Shown here one piece after another: positions 11,611 through 25,484 of a DNA stretch of 64,000 nt. Under the pieces are notes generated by a model. It saw nothing but the letters and a program-made list of their open reading frames with translations. It was not told the DNA's origin and ran no database searches. Source of the DNA: Felis catus (taxonomy: Eukaryota); contig NC_058368.1 in the NCBI RefSeq assembly GCF_018350175.1, forward strand, positions 223,326,001 to 223,390,000, written 5' to 3'. The stretch's first letter is position 1, and the number at the start of each line of letters is the position of its first letter. Made by a program: the position numbers and the translations under genes.

Positions 11611-11824
11611 TTTTTTTAATTTTTTTCTCAATGTTTATGAGAGAGAGAGACAGAAAGAGTGAAAGCAGAGGAGGGGCAGAGAGAGGGAGACACAGAATCT
11701 GAAGCAAGTTCCAGGCTCTGAGCTGTCAGCACAGAGCCCCACGCGGGGCTCAAACTCATGAACTGTGAGATCATGACCTGAGCCGTAGTCGGATACTTAA
11801 CTTACTGAACCCCCAAGGCACCTC
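11611..11824 (-). mobile_element. Can-SINE
   Basis: 14-bp TSD tctggtttgatttt at 11597-11610 and 11825-11838. Confidence 0.95.
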
Positions 11825-12072
11825 TCTGGTTTGATTTTATTATCGTCCATAAATATAATCTTTCTTTTATTTGTTTTTCTGTTTAGCGTGGGAGTAGTGA
11901 AATTTTTTTTGTTTTTTTTTCTTTTTGTTTTTTTTGTTGTTAAAATTTGTTTAACTGAATCGTTGTTTTGTGTGTATAGGAATGTAATGAGTTTTTCCAT
12001 TATTGATTTATTACGGATATATTGTATGATGAACTCTATTTTTTATGAGAAACCTGTTGTAATTTCATTTTT

Positions 12073-12287
12073 AAGATTTTTAGAAGTTTCTTTATTTATT
12101 TTGAGACAGAGACAGTGAGAGTGGGAAAGAGGCTGAAAGAGAGGGAGAGAGAAAAAAAATCCCAAGCCGGCTGCACGCTGTCAGCACAGAGCCTAATGTG
12201 GGGCTGGAACTCAAAAACCCGCAATATCATGACCTGAGCGGAAACCAAGACTCGGATGCTTAACTGACTGGGCCACCCAAGTGCCCC
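12073..12287 (-). mobile_element. Can-SINE (its tail and flank are the source of the inverted copy at 10135-10325)
   Basis: Reverse SINE ending gccacccaagtgcccc. Confidence 0.93.
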
Positions 12288-12414
12288 ATTATTTTAATTT
12301 CTTTTGCTTGCGTTGATTTCAGGGTTATACTGTTTTCTTTGTGGTCTGTAGATTCACTGTAGATTCAAGCTTTGATTACTTTTCTTTATTTGGCTTTCTA
12401 TTTTTCTCAGTCTA

Positions 12415-12806
12415 TGTATTAATTAGCAAGGGCTGCCGTGACAAAGTACTGTAAACCAAGTAGTTTAAACCACAGAAATGCGTGGTCTTACCGTCCTGAA
12501 GGCAAGCAGTATGAAATCAAGATGTCGGCAGGGGTGATTCCTCTTGTGGTTTCTGAGGGAAGACTTTTTGTAGGCTACTCTCCTTAGTTTAGCTACTTAC
12601 CTTCAGGTTTACATGGTTTTCTTCTCACACATGCATCTCTGTGTCCAAATTTCCCCTTTTCATGGCGACTTCAGTCAGATTAGAGTCCGCTTAATGACCT
12701 CATTTTAACTTAATTAGCTCTGTAAAGACCCTCTCTCTAAATCGAGTATTGACAGTTAAATCTTCAACATATGAAGTTTGCTGGCACAAAATTCAACCCA
12801 CAATCA
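12415..12806 (-). mobile_element. MaLR solo LTR (MLT1B/C-like)
   Basis: tg...ca ends; agggctgccgtgacaaagtac, gaaatcaagatgtcggcaggg, taatgacctcattttaactt and aattcaaccca motifs. Confidence 0.8.
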
Positions 12807-13639
12807 TATAGAATCAGTAGTTGTATATTTATGGAGGTTTTTATATGTAATTACAGAATTATTGTATGTTATTTCTTTGCATTTTTGATTTTCTCATTTT
12901 TTGTTTCATTCTGAAATCTCTATTTGATATAATTTCTGTGAAATTTATTTCTAGCATACTAATCCTCTCTCCAACTAAGCTGAATATGTTCTTTGACTTA
13001 CACATGAATTGAATACATTTTAAAATTTCTAGTTGTGTGTGGTTCCATTTTTCCTTTTTATATATATTGACCTATATTTCATTTTGGCCTCTGTTTCTTC
13101 TCTTAGTATTTTAATTGTCACAATCTACTCATTCAGCAATCTGGTTCAGATTTTCTCATTTATTTTTCTGCTTGATTAATTTGCATATTTCTTTTGTCTA
13201 TTTACCTTCCATCCTGGAGCTCTGATCCAAGTGTGCCTTTTAAAATTTTAAATTCATTTGCCCTTAATAGAGTGCATAAGTAGGAGTGGGGATTTTGGCT
13301 TGAGAAATATCAGTGAAAAGCCACGTATCCTTTTGTCTGCTGGCAACCAGTTGATTTCATAAATCGGAATGAATATTAATTTTTAAGTACAGTTTCTTGT
13401 CTATACATTCAATGAAAATGGCAACCAAAAGAATGCAAATAACACTAAAAATATAAAGCTTACACCTTTCATCTGGACTGTAGGATTTGGTTTCAGTTTA
13501 TTGCAGGACTCCTAATAGAACCATGAACTCCTCATAGAACATTAACCTCCCTGTACTTTCTTAAACTGGTGGGTAAGTAGTCTAATTTTCATTTCATGGA
13601 GGGTTTTTGTTGTTGTTTGTTTGTAGTCTTGCTTTCTTT

Positions 13640-13856
13640 TTTAAATTTATTTTAACGTTTATTTATTTTTGGGACAGAGAGAGACAGAGCATGAACGGGG
13701 GAGGGGCAGAGAGAGAGGGAGACACAGACTCCAAAGCAGGCTCCAGGCTCTGAGCCATCAGCCTAGAGCCTGACGCGGGGCTCGAACTCATGGACCGCGA
13801 GGTGGTGACCCAAGCTGAAGTAGGATGCTTAACCGACTGAGCCACTCAGGTGCCCC
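13640..13856 (-). mobile_element. Felid Can-SINE
   Basis: TSD tg(t/c)agtctt(g/a)ctttcttt. Confidence 0.95.
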
Positions 13857-14909
13857 TGCAGTCTTACTTTCTTTAGATATCTTCATTCTAATTCTATACC
13901 TTGAGGAGACTAAAAGTCCTGACTTCTAATATTTAGGAGATGTATAAACTGAGTTCTAGGTCCCCAGAACTTTTATCCAGTTTAATTCCCCCCCGGAAGG
14001 ATCAGCTGGCTGCTAGTTGGATATCATCTCTGTGGTACTAAGTTCTCTATCCTTTCCTTTTCCCCAGTAAATTATCTTTCACTTTTTCTAGCTCACTCAT
14101 ATAATACTTTAACTTTTATTTTTTTTTTTACATTCTTTTTATCATTTATAGTAAGATACATGTCTTTATTAGCTTTGTCTGCAATTTTTTGGTCATATCT
14201 TGCCTCAGGTTTTTCTTTATATAAAATATATTTGAATTAGGCAATTTTCTCAATATCTCTTCTGGATGTAAATAATATTATTAGTTTTACCATGCTTCAA
14301 TATTCTCATGCAGAAGTAGATATTAATCTAAATGTTCCCAAAATATGAAAGAGTAGAAATATGCATTCTAAAAATTTAATAGCACTTCTTAACTAATTAT
14401 AGTCTGATTTATTTCAACGTGAATTTTCCCTAAGAAAATGAGTTTTTTTCAACATAGGTATTAGATTATTCTCAGGATATCTGTTCCATTATTTTACTGA
14501 TTTTTATTCAATGGATTTTTAACATTAAATTGCACTGGATCTCACATAGAAAAGTTATTTAATTTGAAAATGAGCCTTCAGGGTCTTCAGATACATTTAG
14601 GATTTTATTTTTGTGTTTGAGATTCATCAAGAAAATATCAAGCATTCGTTTATAAGAATTAAAATGAAATATAATCAATTCCTTTCTTCTAGGATATTTA
14701 TTTTCATTTGTATGATTTGTCACTTTATTCACAGCAATTAAAAAATATATGCTAAGAAGTAATTTCCTACACTAAAAATAATACAAAATATAAATTAAAA
14801 AAATAAACTGTACTAAACTCATAGCTTTCTCTTTGATTTGCATCATTTAGAACTATAGTTTGATTGCAGTTGAGTTTATTTTAATGAAAATTGAATACTA
14901 TTTAGGATA

Positions 14910-15340
14910 TATTCATTCATTCAAAATTTCTTGAGTCCTTAGTTCTGCACAGTATTCTAAGCATGGATTATATGGTTATGAACAAAACAGATATAATGGA
15001 GGACATCAATATTAAACTGGCATTCACACAAATACATATCCAACTATAAATCATGATTGAGGATTATGGAATAAAATGTGCTCGTGTGTAGTGTAACACC
15101 AAGATTGATGATGATAAGAGAACTCTCTGAGGAAAGAATAGTCAGGCGATATCTCAAAATGAATAGGAGCTAATCAGTCCAAATTGGTGGTATGCGTGTT
15201 TATGACTATTGGGAATGGAAGCATGTCTATGGTGTGGGAATAACACATGTATAGATCCAGTCATGGAAAGACATTTTGGATTTGAGATTCAAAGAAAGAC
15301 CCGGGTGCCTATAATTCATATTTAGAGAAATAGGAAGGCA
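14910..15340 (-). mobile_element. L2 3' fragment
   Basis: attcattcattcaaaatttcttgag tail motif followed by a purine-rich L2-like body. Confidence 0.55.
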
Positions 15341-15387
15341 TTGTTGACTTTTGAGAAGAAAATTGCATGGTATTATTTTGTTTGTTT

Positions 15388-15626
15388 GTTTGTTTTTATT
15401 TTTTTATTTAAAAAAAAATTTTTTTTTCAACGTTTATTTATTTTTGGGACAGAGAGAGAGCATGAACGGGGGAGGGGCAGAGAGAGAGGGAGACACAGAA
15501 TCGGAAACAGGCTCCAGGCTCCGAGCCATCAGCCCAGAGCCCGACGCGGGGCTCGAACTCACGGACCGCGAGATCGTGACCTGGCTGAAGTCGGACACTT
15601 AACCGACTGCGCCACCCAGGCGCCCC
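15388..15626 (-). mobile_element. Felid Can-SINE (very young)
   Basis: CpGs intact; TSD ttattttgtttgttt at 15373-15387 and 15627-15641. Confidence 0.97.
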
Positions 15627-16674
15627 TTATTTTGTTTGTTTTTAAGCAGTCACTTTGCCCTATGATCAACTGAATTTCAGGGAAGAAGTCCAGGAAAATC
15701 AAAAGTAGCTTATTTTCTGTAAAAGAATTAATATAGAAACAGAAAGTAATAGAGTGTAGTTTCCTTACTTACTTTCCCATAATGATTGAAGGGAAAATGT
15801 GTTCATGTACTCTATAATGTGTTATGGAAACAGGAGAGGACTTGAGACATACTTGTAGCACATATATAAATGACAGTGGTGGGACTCACCTTGGACAGGT
15901 AGCCTTGATTTTCCTACTACGTAATTGTTTAACCTTGGTAAATCCAAACTTACAAACAGAGTTTATTATTCACATTAATAAGGCAGATGAATGAAATGAT
16001 TGTCAGAATCATATTTCACTTCAAAAGTCACTGCTTCAGCATGAATTTGATGGTTTAAAAAAAAAAAAAACTACAGTATGCCATACACTCTGCAAGATCT
16101 GGAGAGTATACCAATGAAAGATGCATTCCCAGTAATTCGTGAAAGTCATGAAGAGGAATCAAATTCAAGAAGAAATGATTGGATCACATTGCTAAAGGTG
16201 CAGTAACAGTGCTAAGCACAAGGGGTGCTGGTACAAGAAGAGAAGTGAAATTCTTGACTTAGATCCTCAGAAGAGAAAGAGAGTGAACTAATATGTTGCT
16301 ACTAATAACAAATGAGACTGGTAGAATATATAGGTTCAAAGACCAACAATGGAATGTTAGTAACAACGTATCTGAAGTGAAGATGTAGCATTCAAAATCA
16401 TGTAAGAACAGTAGCTGGAGCAGAGTGCAGGTTGAAAAGAAGGAGCAGGGATGAAGCTGGAGAGCATGATGGGCCATAGACACCTGTCCTGGCAGGAGAG
16501 TCCAAGGAGATTGTCCAGAAGTTTGGGAATGAATTGAAGGATTTTCAAGTGGGAAGTGATATGAGATAGTTACACCAAGTTTGGAGACAGAGAAGATGCT
16601 TTACCATTATTCAATCTAAACTTGAATTTGGTAATCACAGAAGAATTTCAGAATAAGAAATCAACCAAACATCA

Positions 16675-16900
16675 TTTTTTTTTTACATTTATTCATTTAT
16701 TTTGAGAGAGAGAAAGAGAAAGAACACAAGCAAGAGAGGGACAGAGAGAAGGGGAGACAGAGAGAATCTCAAGCAGGCTCTGCACTGTTATCCCAGAGCC
16801 CAATGCGGGGCTGAAACCCTAAAACCATGAGATCCTGACCTGAGCCAAAATCAAGAATAACTGAAATCATGTTTAACCGACTGAGCCACCCAGGTGCCCC
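16675..16900 (-). mobile_element. Can-SINE
   Basis: Ends gagccacccaggtgcccc; TSD aaccaaaca. Confidence 0.93.
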
Positions 16901-17494
16901 AACCAAACAATTTTTTCGGATGTGGCATTGACAGATATCATTGAGTGAGAGTGAGAGATGTGATGTAAAACTGTTTGAAGATAGTTGGCAAGGTTCTCAT
17001 ACTTAGGGGCTGAAGAGTAAAAGTGGATCTTGTCTGGGAGCGAGGTTAACCTGAACCGGCTATGTCCAGGGTGATTTGTGGGCACACAGGTAAGCAGGTA
17101 TAGAGAAATGCACTCAAGGGTGTAGGCTAAATGTAGGAATGGGAGACCCTGGAATCTAAATGGTGACTGAAGCCAGGCATAGAGATTTAGGGATAATTCT
17201 GTGGACTGTAGGCTCAGAATGGAATTCTGGGGAACATGAATTTTTAAGAGGAAAGAAAAGTCTAGGTCTGTATAAACGGTTTGAAAATGGAATTCGAAAG
17301 AGAGAGCAGAGACGACAGAACAGAAGCGGAATCATCGTACATAAGGAAGGAGACAGTCTCAAGGGGGAGGAAATGGACACTGAGCTCTGATGTTTGAGTG
17401 AGGAGATGAGAACACTATGTTGATTGCTTAAAAATGTATTAAGAGATAGATTTCACGCGTTCTCACCGCCACACCCGCCACAATTACTGCTACT

Positions 17495-17644
17495 AAAGAG
17501 GGGAGGAGGAAACTTTTGTTCTGTCATAGGTTGTGGTGCTGCTTTCACAGATGTATACTTATCTCCAGACTCATCAAGTTGTATGTTTAAATATGTACAT
17601 CTTTTGTATGTCAATTATACCACATTAAAATGTTAAAAAAAAAC
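17495..17644 (+). mobile_element. Old L1M 3' terminus
   Basis: ..aaatatgtacatcttttgtatgtcaattataccacattaaaatgttaaaaaa resembles L1MC/ME 3' ends. Confidence 0.6.
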
Positions 17645-17666
17645 AGATAACCATAACACATTTTTA

Positions 17667-17899
17667 TTTATTTATTTATTATTTTATTTATTTTTTTAAC
17701 GTTTATTTATTTTTGAGACAGAGAGAGACAGAGCATGAACAGGGGAGGGGCAGAGAGAGAGGGAGACACAGAATCCGAAACGGGCTCCAGGCTCTGAGCG
17801 GTCAGCACAGAGCCCGACGCGGGGCTCGAACTCACGGACCGCGAGATCGTGACCTGGCTGAAGTCGGACGCTTAACCGACTGCGCCACCCAGGTGCCCC
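17667..17899 (-). mobile_element. Felid Can-SINE (young)
   Basis: Perfect 18-bp TSD aaccataacacattttta at 17649-17666 and 17900-17917. Confidence 0.97.
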
Positions 17900-17946
17900 A
17901 ACCATAACACATTTTTAATTGAAAAAAAAGTAGTTGTATTTTTCAC

Positions 17947-17983
<37 letters not shown>

Positions 17984-18884
17984 TTTAACATATGAGGCTC
18001 TTTTCTCCCAAACAACTTTAGTTGTGTCTAGAGGGTGGACCTGTATTCAAGAAGACTGAGTTGTCGATGAGGAAGAAGGTTATCAATTAATGTGAATCTA
18101 TGGATTATTTACTTACTTTACTTGTGGAAGACCTATCCATATTCTTCAGGGCTTTTATCAGTTGACCCTTAGCCATTAATTGTCCACAACCTGTAAAACT
18201 TTACATATTCCTCAGCCTGCTACTCACCCTGAACTCTTCTCATCTCCTTTGGTGATTGACACAATGTTTGTATTGGTTAGTAATTTCCTTCTGGCTGTTG
18301 AAGGAAACCGTGTAAAAACTCGTTTAACAATGGAAAATAATTTACTAGTTTGCATATCTGAAGAACAGAACAGGCTCAGGGCAGAGGGAGAATCAGAAAT
18401 ACAAATGATGTGATTAGGATTCTAACCAGTTCCCTAAAGCTGCAAGCTTGTAAAGTCTGTCAAGTTCAAGGCCTAAGATATGCAGCCAACAGTTCAGTGT
18501 CTGCTCTGTAATGAAAAGGATCCCCTTCCTTGCAGCTCGATACAATGATTTTAAGTGCCCAAATATTTTTTTTCAATTCCACCTGTTAGGATCTGTCTTT
18601 TAAAACCTCCCATTTGGAGGTGTGAATTTCTCTATCAATCAGAGTCCTGTGGTTGAAGACAATCTACACTGTTTACCTGACAAACAGAAACAAAGCAAAA
18701 CATAAAAATATAAAATAGGAACAATCCATTTAATGGAAAATATATACACCCATTCTTTGAGCTTTATTGGGCTGTTGTTCAAGCGCCATACTGGACTAAT
18801 GACAGTCAACCTCTGCCAATTAACTTAAGTCTGAATTTCTGATTTAACCAAGAAAAGTGTCAAACTATCATAATGGGTTAAGAC

Positions 18885-19070
18885 ACATGCTGTCCAACAG
18901 AACTTTCTACAGTTTTGACCATATTTTATATCTGCACTATTCCTTATGGTAGCTGCTAGCCACATGTGACTATTGAACATTTTAAATGTGGCTAGTGCCA
19001 TTAAGAGACTGAATGTTTATATTAATTTAAATTGAAATAGTTACTTGTCGCCATTGGCAACAGTACAGGT
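18885..19070. mobile_element. MER3-like hAT relic
   Basis: gctgtccaacagaactttct..ctagccacatgtgactattgaacattttaaatgtggctag. Confidence 0.75.
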
Positions 19071-19239
19071 TTAGACTAATCAGAAAGGAAAAACCATATA
19101 CAGATAATATACAAAAGTATGATTCTGTAAAAGTCACAACAATATAGACATCAAGATTGAAATTAAACACTGTGGGTCTAGTAACTTTACTAATGTAAAA
19201 AAAATGAAGACTGGTAAGATGAAACCTGATTATCTTTTC

Positions 19240-19309
19240 TTTTTTTAAAAAAACATTTCATAATGTTTATTTATTTTTGAAAGAGACAAAGTGTGAATGG
19301 GGGAGGGGC

Positions 19310-19344
<35 letters not shown>

Positions 19345-19426
19345 CCCAGAATCTGAAGCAGGCTCCAGGCTCTGAGCTGTCAGCACAGAGCCTGACGCGG
19401 GGCTCAACCCCACGGACCGTCGCCCC
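19240..19426 (-). mobile_element. Felid Can-SINE with internal 5' deletion
   Basis: Perfect 18-bp TSD aaacctgattatcttttc at 19222-19239 and 19427-19444. Confidence 0.93.
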
Positions 19427-19519
19427 AAACCTGATTATCTTTTCCTTGATCTCAAGTAGCATACGTTGTTATTGTTCAGTTTATTTCTATCTATGGGGGT
19501 GTGGGTGGGTGCTTGTACT

Positions 19520-20020
19520 CAGAGGCATGATTTAGTGAATCACCTCTTTGAGTGCAACATAATCTCCCTGTGAGTAATTTAAAGATAAAACTTTCCCGAT
19601 GGATAGTGGATAGATCACAAGAATTGTCAGAAAGGCTAGTGAGTCAGTGTTGAAGGAAAGCAGGAACCAGGGGGCTTAGTGGCTGCAAATGCAGCCACGT
19701 TGATGCCCAGAAGACGATGAAGTCAGAACATTGCCACTTGTATTTCTACCCCTGGGTTTGCATTGCTGCTGTCTTCTGTGTTCTTGATAACGCGATGACA
19801 AATAACATCTGATCTTCCCCTTGGTCTTTTTGTTACTTGGGGAAGTTTTAAAACTCCAGGTAAGAGCATATGTTGGCTCAGTCTCAGTCATGTGCTGGGA
19901 GTCTGGCTGCCCCAAGGAGGAGATGCAGTCTGGCTCCGGAAGTTTCCATAATTGAAAAGCAGTCACTCTTCCACCAAAAATCTCACAATGGGGGATTCAG
20001 TTCTTCAAAAATAAGATAGG
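19520..20020 (-). mobile_element. Old MaLR (MLT1-type) LTR relic
   Basis: Degenerate motifs such as gagcatatgttggctcagtctcagtcatgtgc. Confidence 0.4.
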
Positions 20021-20898
20021 GGTCCACAAAACACACACTTGCACACTCACACACATACACACATACCCAGCATTTAGGTTAATATAATCCTCAACTGTAT
20101 AGGAAAGTTTAATATATTTGACTTTTGTTTTACTTCATTATTTTTTGCATTGTGTCTCCAAGATAAATATTCATTCTATTTAAAAAAAAACCCTCACAAT
20201 AGAGATCACTTTCTTTTTTTGAACTCATTTCAGCAATGTGCACTGACTTAGTTTGAAGTGTGTGTGTGTGTGTGTAAACTAAAAGTAATGATTCATAAAC
20301 TTGTTCTGGAACATCTTGTCTGCTTGGTAATTGCTTGTTCAGTTCATTAGCTGCTTTGCATGCATGGGTTCTTTGTGTTGTTATATCAAAATTATGGGAA
20401 GTATTAAACACGTCTATAGTATTCAAGGTAATATAAACTACTTTTAATTAAAATAAGAGGACAGTAAGCAGAAAGGAAATGTTCTAAGAGAGACCTGTAT
20501 GTATTTTACTTGGAATTACACTCCTTTCTTCTCTACGACTTATGTTAAGACTTTGGGCTGTTTTTTCCTCCTTCTAGGATTGCCATTGTTACTCTTGTTC
20601 TTTGAACCCTGTTATTCTATTGAATTAAATTGACTGTGAGGAGATGCCAGTTTTGTTACTATTTTTATAAACATTGAGATGGAGAATAGTAAAATAATAT
20701 TTACTTACATATCAATTATCTGAACAAACAACATCAAACAAATATTTATGTTTCTGGAGGAGGAGTGTCAATGCAGCTATAGGAGACCAAAGCCTCCTTT
20801 TGAAGAGCTTTTAATTTGCATCTAAGTTATTTCTATTCTGTGTTTTGCAGCTGCATTTTTCTTAATGTCTGTAAGAAATGTTGAAAGTAACAAGGAGT

Positions 20899-21132
20899 GG
20901 GGGGCCTGGGTGGCTCAGTCGGTTGAGCGTCTGACTTCGGCTCAGGTCATGATCTCACAGTTTGTGAGCTGAGCCCCACATCAGGGTCTGTGCCAACAGC
21001 TCAGAGCCTGGAGCCTGCTTTGGATTTTGTGTCTCCCTCTCTCTCTGCTTCTCTCACGCTGTCTCTCTCACTCTCACTCTCTCAAAAATAAAGAAACATT
21101 TAAAAAAAAAGAAAAGAAAAAGAAAAAAAAAG
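20899..21132 (+). mobile_element. Felid Can-SINE
   Basis: gggggcctgggtggctcagtcggttgagcg head, (CT)n, A-rich tail. Confidence 0.95.
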
Positions 21133-21237
21133 AAAAGAACAAAGAGATAAATATACGCTACATTTAGGTTATGTGTTGCAAACAAAGCCTTGATCTCGTG
21201 TATATTACTAGACACACATACTGATAAGGCACATAGC

Positions 21238-21409
21238 TATAGTTTTCAACTTTGTTTGGATATTAGAATCAGGTAGAAAGTTTTAAAAAATAGTCAAGCC
21301 CAGACTGCACATCAGATTAAGTCAGAAAATCTGAAAAATAGAACCCTCATATCAGTATATTTTAAAGTTACCAAAATAATCCTAACTTAGTATCATTTAG
21401 AACCACTGG
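21238..21409. mobile_element. MER5-like hAT relic
   Basis: ttttcaactttg..attagaatca..gtcagaa..agaaccactg. Confidence 0.6.
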
Positions 21410-21604
21410 TTTTTAGGCTCAGTTTACTGATAGTATATAAAGATACCTTGAGCAAAATGACAAAAATCTTTAATAGTGTTGGAAATTGTTTCTTTGATTT
21501 AGTAACTGACATCTGTAAAATAACGATCATCTGAATGCACTCACGGTCTTGAATACACTTGAATAATGCTAAAACTCGTAAGTGAAATTATTCTTCCTCT
21601 TTTA

Positions 21605-21827
21605 AATTTTCTTTTTTTTTTTTCAACGTTTATTTATTTTTGGGACAGAGAGAGACAGAGCATGAACGGGGGAGGGGCAGAGAGAGAGGGAGACACAGAA
21701 TCGGAAACAGGCTCCAGGCTCCGAGCCATCAGCCCAGAGCCCGACGCGGGGCTCGAACTCACGGACCGTGAGATCGTGACCTGAGCTGAAGTCAGACGCT
21801 TAACCGACTGCGCCACCCAGGCACCCC
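21605..21827 (-). mobile_element. Felid Can-SINE (very young)
   Basis: Nearly identical to 15388-15626. Confidence 0.97.
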
Positions 21828-21899
21828 ATTACTTACATTTTTAATGCTGTTATAAAGTTCTGAGAGCGCATCATTGTTTTTGTCCAACTAAGTATGCTT

Positions 21900-24800
21900 T
21901 TTAAATTAAACATTTTCATGAGATAATTTTAGCTTCACACATAGTTGTAAGAAATAATACAGAGAGATATCTCACAAAGTCCGCCCAGTACCTCCTGATG
22001 GTAATTAGTTGCAAAGCTATAGTGTATTATCACAACCAGGATGTGGACCCTGATATAATCCACCAGATTTCCCAAAACTTCCTTGTAATTATTTGCATGT
22101 CTGTTTATTAAGTTCTATAAAAACATTATCATCGATGCAGGTACCTGTGTCCCCACTGCCACATTTACCCTACTGAACAAACTCGACCCTACAAGTGTCC
22201 ATCACATCGCCCTTCTGTAACTCTAGTACTTTTCCTCCAGTCACCGCCTTATCCCTCTTCCCTCCTACCATCTGTAACCCCTGGCAAACATGAATCTCCT
22301 CTTCCTTTCTATAATTTCAGAAATGTCATAGAAACGAGAGTATACAGCATACAACCTTTTGGGATTGACTGTTGTGCACTAGGCACAAGGCTTTGGAGAT
22401 TACTTACCAACATACTCAAGTTGGTGCACGTGTCACTAGTTTGTTCCTTCTTATTGCCACATAGGCCTCCCCTACATGCGTGTGCCACATGCTGGTTAAC
22501 CATTCACCTGCCGAGGGACACTGGGCCTGATTCCAGTTTGGAGCTATCACCAATAAAGCTTCTCTGAACATTCATTTGTAGGTGCATGTGTGAACATGAG
22601 TTCTCGTTTCTTTGGGATACTTTCCAGAGTGTGCAGTTGATGTGTTACATGGTAGTAACACATTTGCCTTTTATTAAGGAACCACCGAACTGTTTTTTAG
22701 AGTGGTTGTGATATTTCACATCCTCTCCAGCTATCTACGAGTGACTCGGTTCTTCACTTCTTCCCCAATATTTAGTGCTGCTTTTTTTTTTTTTTTGCCA
22801 TTCTGATCTCATGTAGTTTAAATTTCCTTTTGCCTAACGGCTAACGATATTTGACAACTTTATGTGTCCTTATTGACAGCCTGTTTCTTTGGTAAAATGG
22901 CCGTCCAGGGCTTTTGCTCATTTTCTATTTTTTTTAACTGTTAAGATTTGAGAGTTCTTTATATATGCTAGACACATTGTTGGATATGTAGTCGGCAAAT
23001 GCTCCCAGTCTCTAGGGAGTAATTATATTACCTTTTGATTCTCTTCACATAGGCTTCTCATGGAGAAAAACCTTTTAAATTCAGTAAGATCCAACTAATT
23101 AAATTTTCCCTTTCTGTATCATGCTTTTGGTGCCAAATCAAAAAAATCCTTTCCCAATATCAGGTAACCAAGATTTTCTCCCCCCCTTCCCTGGCCCTAC
23201 CATAAGTTGTATACTTCTAGATTTCCCATTTATGCCTACAGGGCAATTTTGAGATAACTTTTGTATACAATTGCTTGAAAAGGCTGTCCTTCCTCTTTTG
23301 CACTGGTTTTGTGCCATTGTTAAAATTCAGTTGAGCGTATTTGTGTAGGTCTATTTCTGGGTCATCAATTCTATTTCATTGATCTATATGTCTCTCTCAA
23401 ACAATACCACACCTTCTTGGTTGCGGTAGCTATATAAGCAGCATTAATATCAAAGATAAGATGTTTCTTCCTTGTCAAGATTATTTTAACGAAGGGCCTC
23501 TATCTTCCTATAAAATTTTGGAATAAGCGTGTTTATATTTATAAAATATATTACTGGAATTATGATAAAGGCATTGCATTAAACTGATGAATTTTGGAAG
23601 GACTGACATTTTCCTGTGTTGAATCTTGCAACTCATGAACATGATACCTTTATTTATTCTTTGATTTCTTGCATCAGCATTTTGCAGTTTTCAACATACA
23701 GTGCATAAAACATCCTGTGCATGTTTGTTTCCTGTGCCAGTTTTAAGTTTATGACTTTCTTTAGCGTGGTTGTAAAAGGTGTGATGTTTTAATTTTAGTT
23801 TCTGCATGTTCATTGTTAGTGTTGATTGGTGTTTGTTGATCTTCTGTCCTGAAAACTTGCTGAACTCACTTACTAGTTCTAGGAGCTTTTAATATTTTGA
23901 TTGGTTGTGAAGGTTTTCTGCCTTGATAATGATGTTTCCTAAAAATAGGGAGAATTTTAACTCTGCCCTTTAATCTGTACACGTTTTTATTTCCTCTGCC
24001 TTCTTGCTGCACTGGCTAGGACTTACAGTACTAGGTTGAGTAAGGGTGGCGAGAGATGACATTTTGCCATGTTTCTAATCTTACAGGAAAAGAATTCAGC
24101 TCTTCACTATTAGGTATAATGACACTTACAGGTTTATCACATATGGTCTTTATCAAAGTTAGTTACTTCCTATCTATTTCTAACGTTTTGAGTTTTTATC
24201 ATGAATAGACATTGGAGCTTCCCAGATATTTTATGACTCTTCTTTTTCCTTTTCTTTAACTTATTGATATGGTGAATTGCATTGGATGAGTTTTATTATC
24301 TTGCCTGCAAGTTCACTGATTCTATCTTCTGTCTTTTCCACTCTATTCTCATGTCAATCTAGTATTTTTTTCTAGTATTGTATTTTTTGATTCTCTGATT
24401 TTCTTTTGACTACTTTTTAATAAATGCTTCACTGATATTATCATTTGTTTCAAGATAATTTGTAATTTATTACTGAAGCATTCTCACAAAAGCTACTTTA
24501 AAATCCTTGTCAGATACTTCCAACTATCTGTTCAGCTGATTGTCATTTATCATTCAAGTTGTGATATTCTTGGTTCTTTGTGTAGTGGGTTAGTTTATAT
24601 TATTTTCCAGATATTTTTTTCTTATTATTATTGCAGGCTCTGAATCCTACTTAAATGTTCTTTTTTTTTCTCAACAGACCACCACCCAGTTTAGGTTTAG
24701 CAAATGGGTTTTCACCTACTTTTATGGCCCATGGCTCTAGTGGCAGTAAATGTTCAGTGACTGTGGTATTCTTTTCTTCTGCTTAGTTTATATGGAGTTC

Positions 24801-25470
24801 CCGGGGTCCCCATTAATCTCAGCTGATGCTACCTATGAGGGCAAAATGGGTCTTCCCCAGGCCCCTCTGCTAAGGGTCTCTTGGTGGTGGAGTGGTATGG
24901 CAGAATGCCCTTACTGGTGGCCATTGGCTTTCCTAATGTCCTTGGACAGGAATAAAGCACCTAAAGACCATTAAGTAAAGAAACTTCTTGGAGTTGACCA
25001 GAGGTTGTTGGGTCTCTCCAGCATCTCTGCTCTCCTGTGTCAGTAGCTCTTAGTGGAAAAGGAGAGCCTTACATTCTGTGAGGAAGCAAAGTACATCCAT
25101 TAGCTGCTTGGTGGGGCTCCCCAAAACCTCCCTTTTCAGAGTTAGCTGCTCATCTGATAATATCAGAGGGACTTCCATTTGATCCAGGGGAGAAATCAGC
25201 CTACTCACGTCCTTTTGTTATCAGGTTGAAGAGTCAGGGAAAAAAAAAAAAAAAAAAAACAGTTCTGGGTAGCATTCTTCTGTTGGGTTGAAGGATGTAA
25301 GACACCCTGCCACTGTCCTATTCCTTCAAACCCAGTATGACAGAAGTCTCACTCTTCTTACCATGTTTTAGTATTCACTGATGATCGCCCTTTTGCCCTT
25401 TCCAGTATTTATAATTTTGCTTATGAGCCAGGAATAGGGAAAATTGGGTCTGCACCATCGTCTTTGTATT
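21900..25470 (-). mobile_element. Old eutherian L1 (L1MC-like 3' end, decayed ORF2, probable 5' part)
   Basis: gagataattttagcttcacacatagttgtaagaaataatacagagaga 3' motif; antisense ORF2 remnants such as gaaaacttgctgaactcacttactagttctaggagc. Confidence 0.75.
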
Positions 25471-25484
25471 AGAAGCCTAGCACC

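Noticed and set aside
13663..13845. Recurrent ~60 aa 'MAQSVK..SAQV..LCLSLSQK' ORF family (also 21634, 54524 and others)
   Set aside because: Open frame of the Can-SINE consensus, not a gene family
20560..20640. Strong-looking splice acceptor (ttttttcctccttctag)
   Set aside because: Stops in all three frames before the first plausible donor; no supporting evidence
25240..25259. Isolated A20 run as a possible polyA-only retro-insertion
   Set aside because: No TSD visible; homopolymer slippage is sufficient
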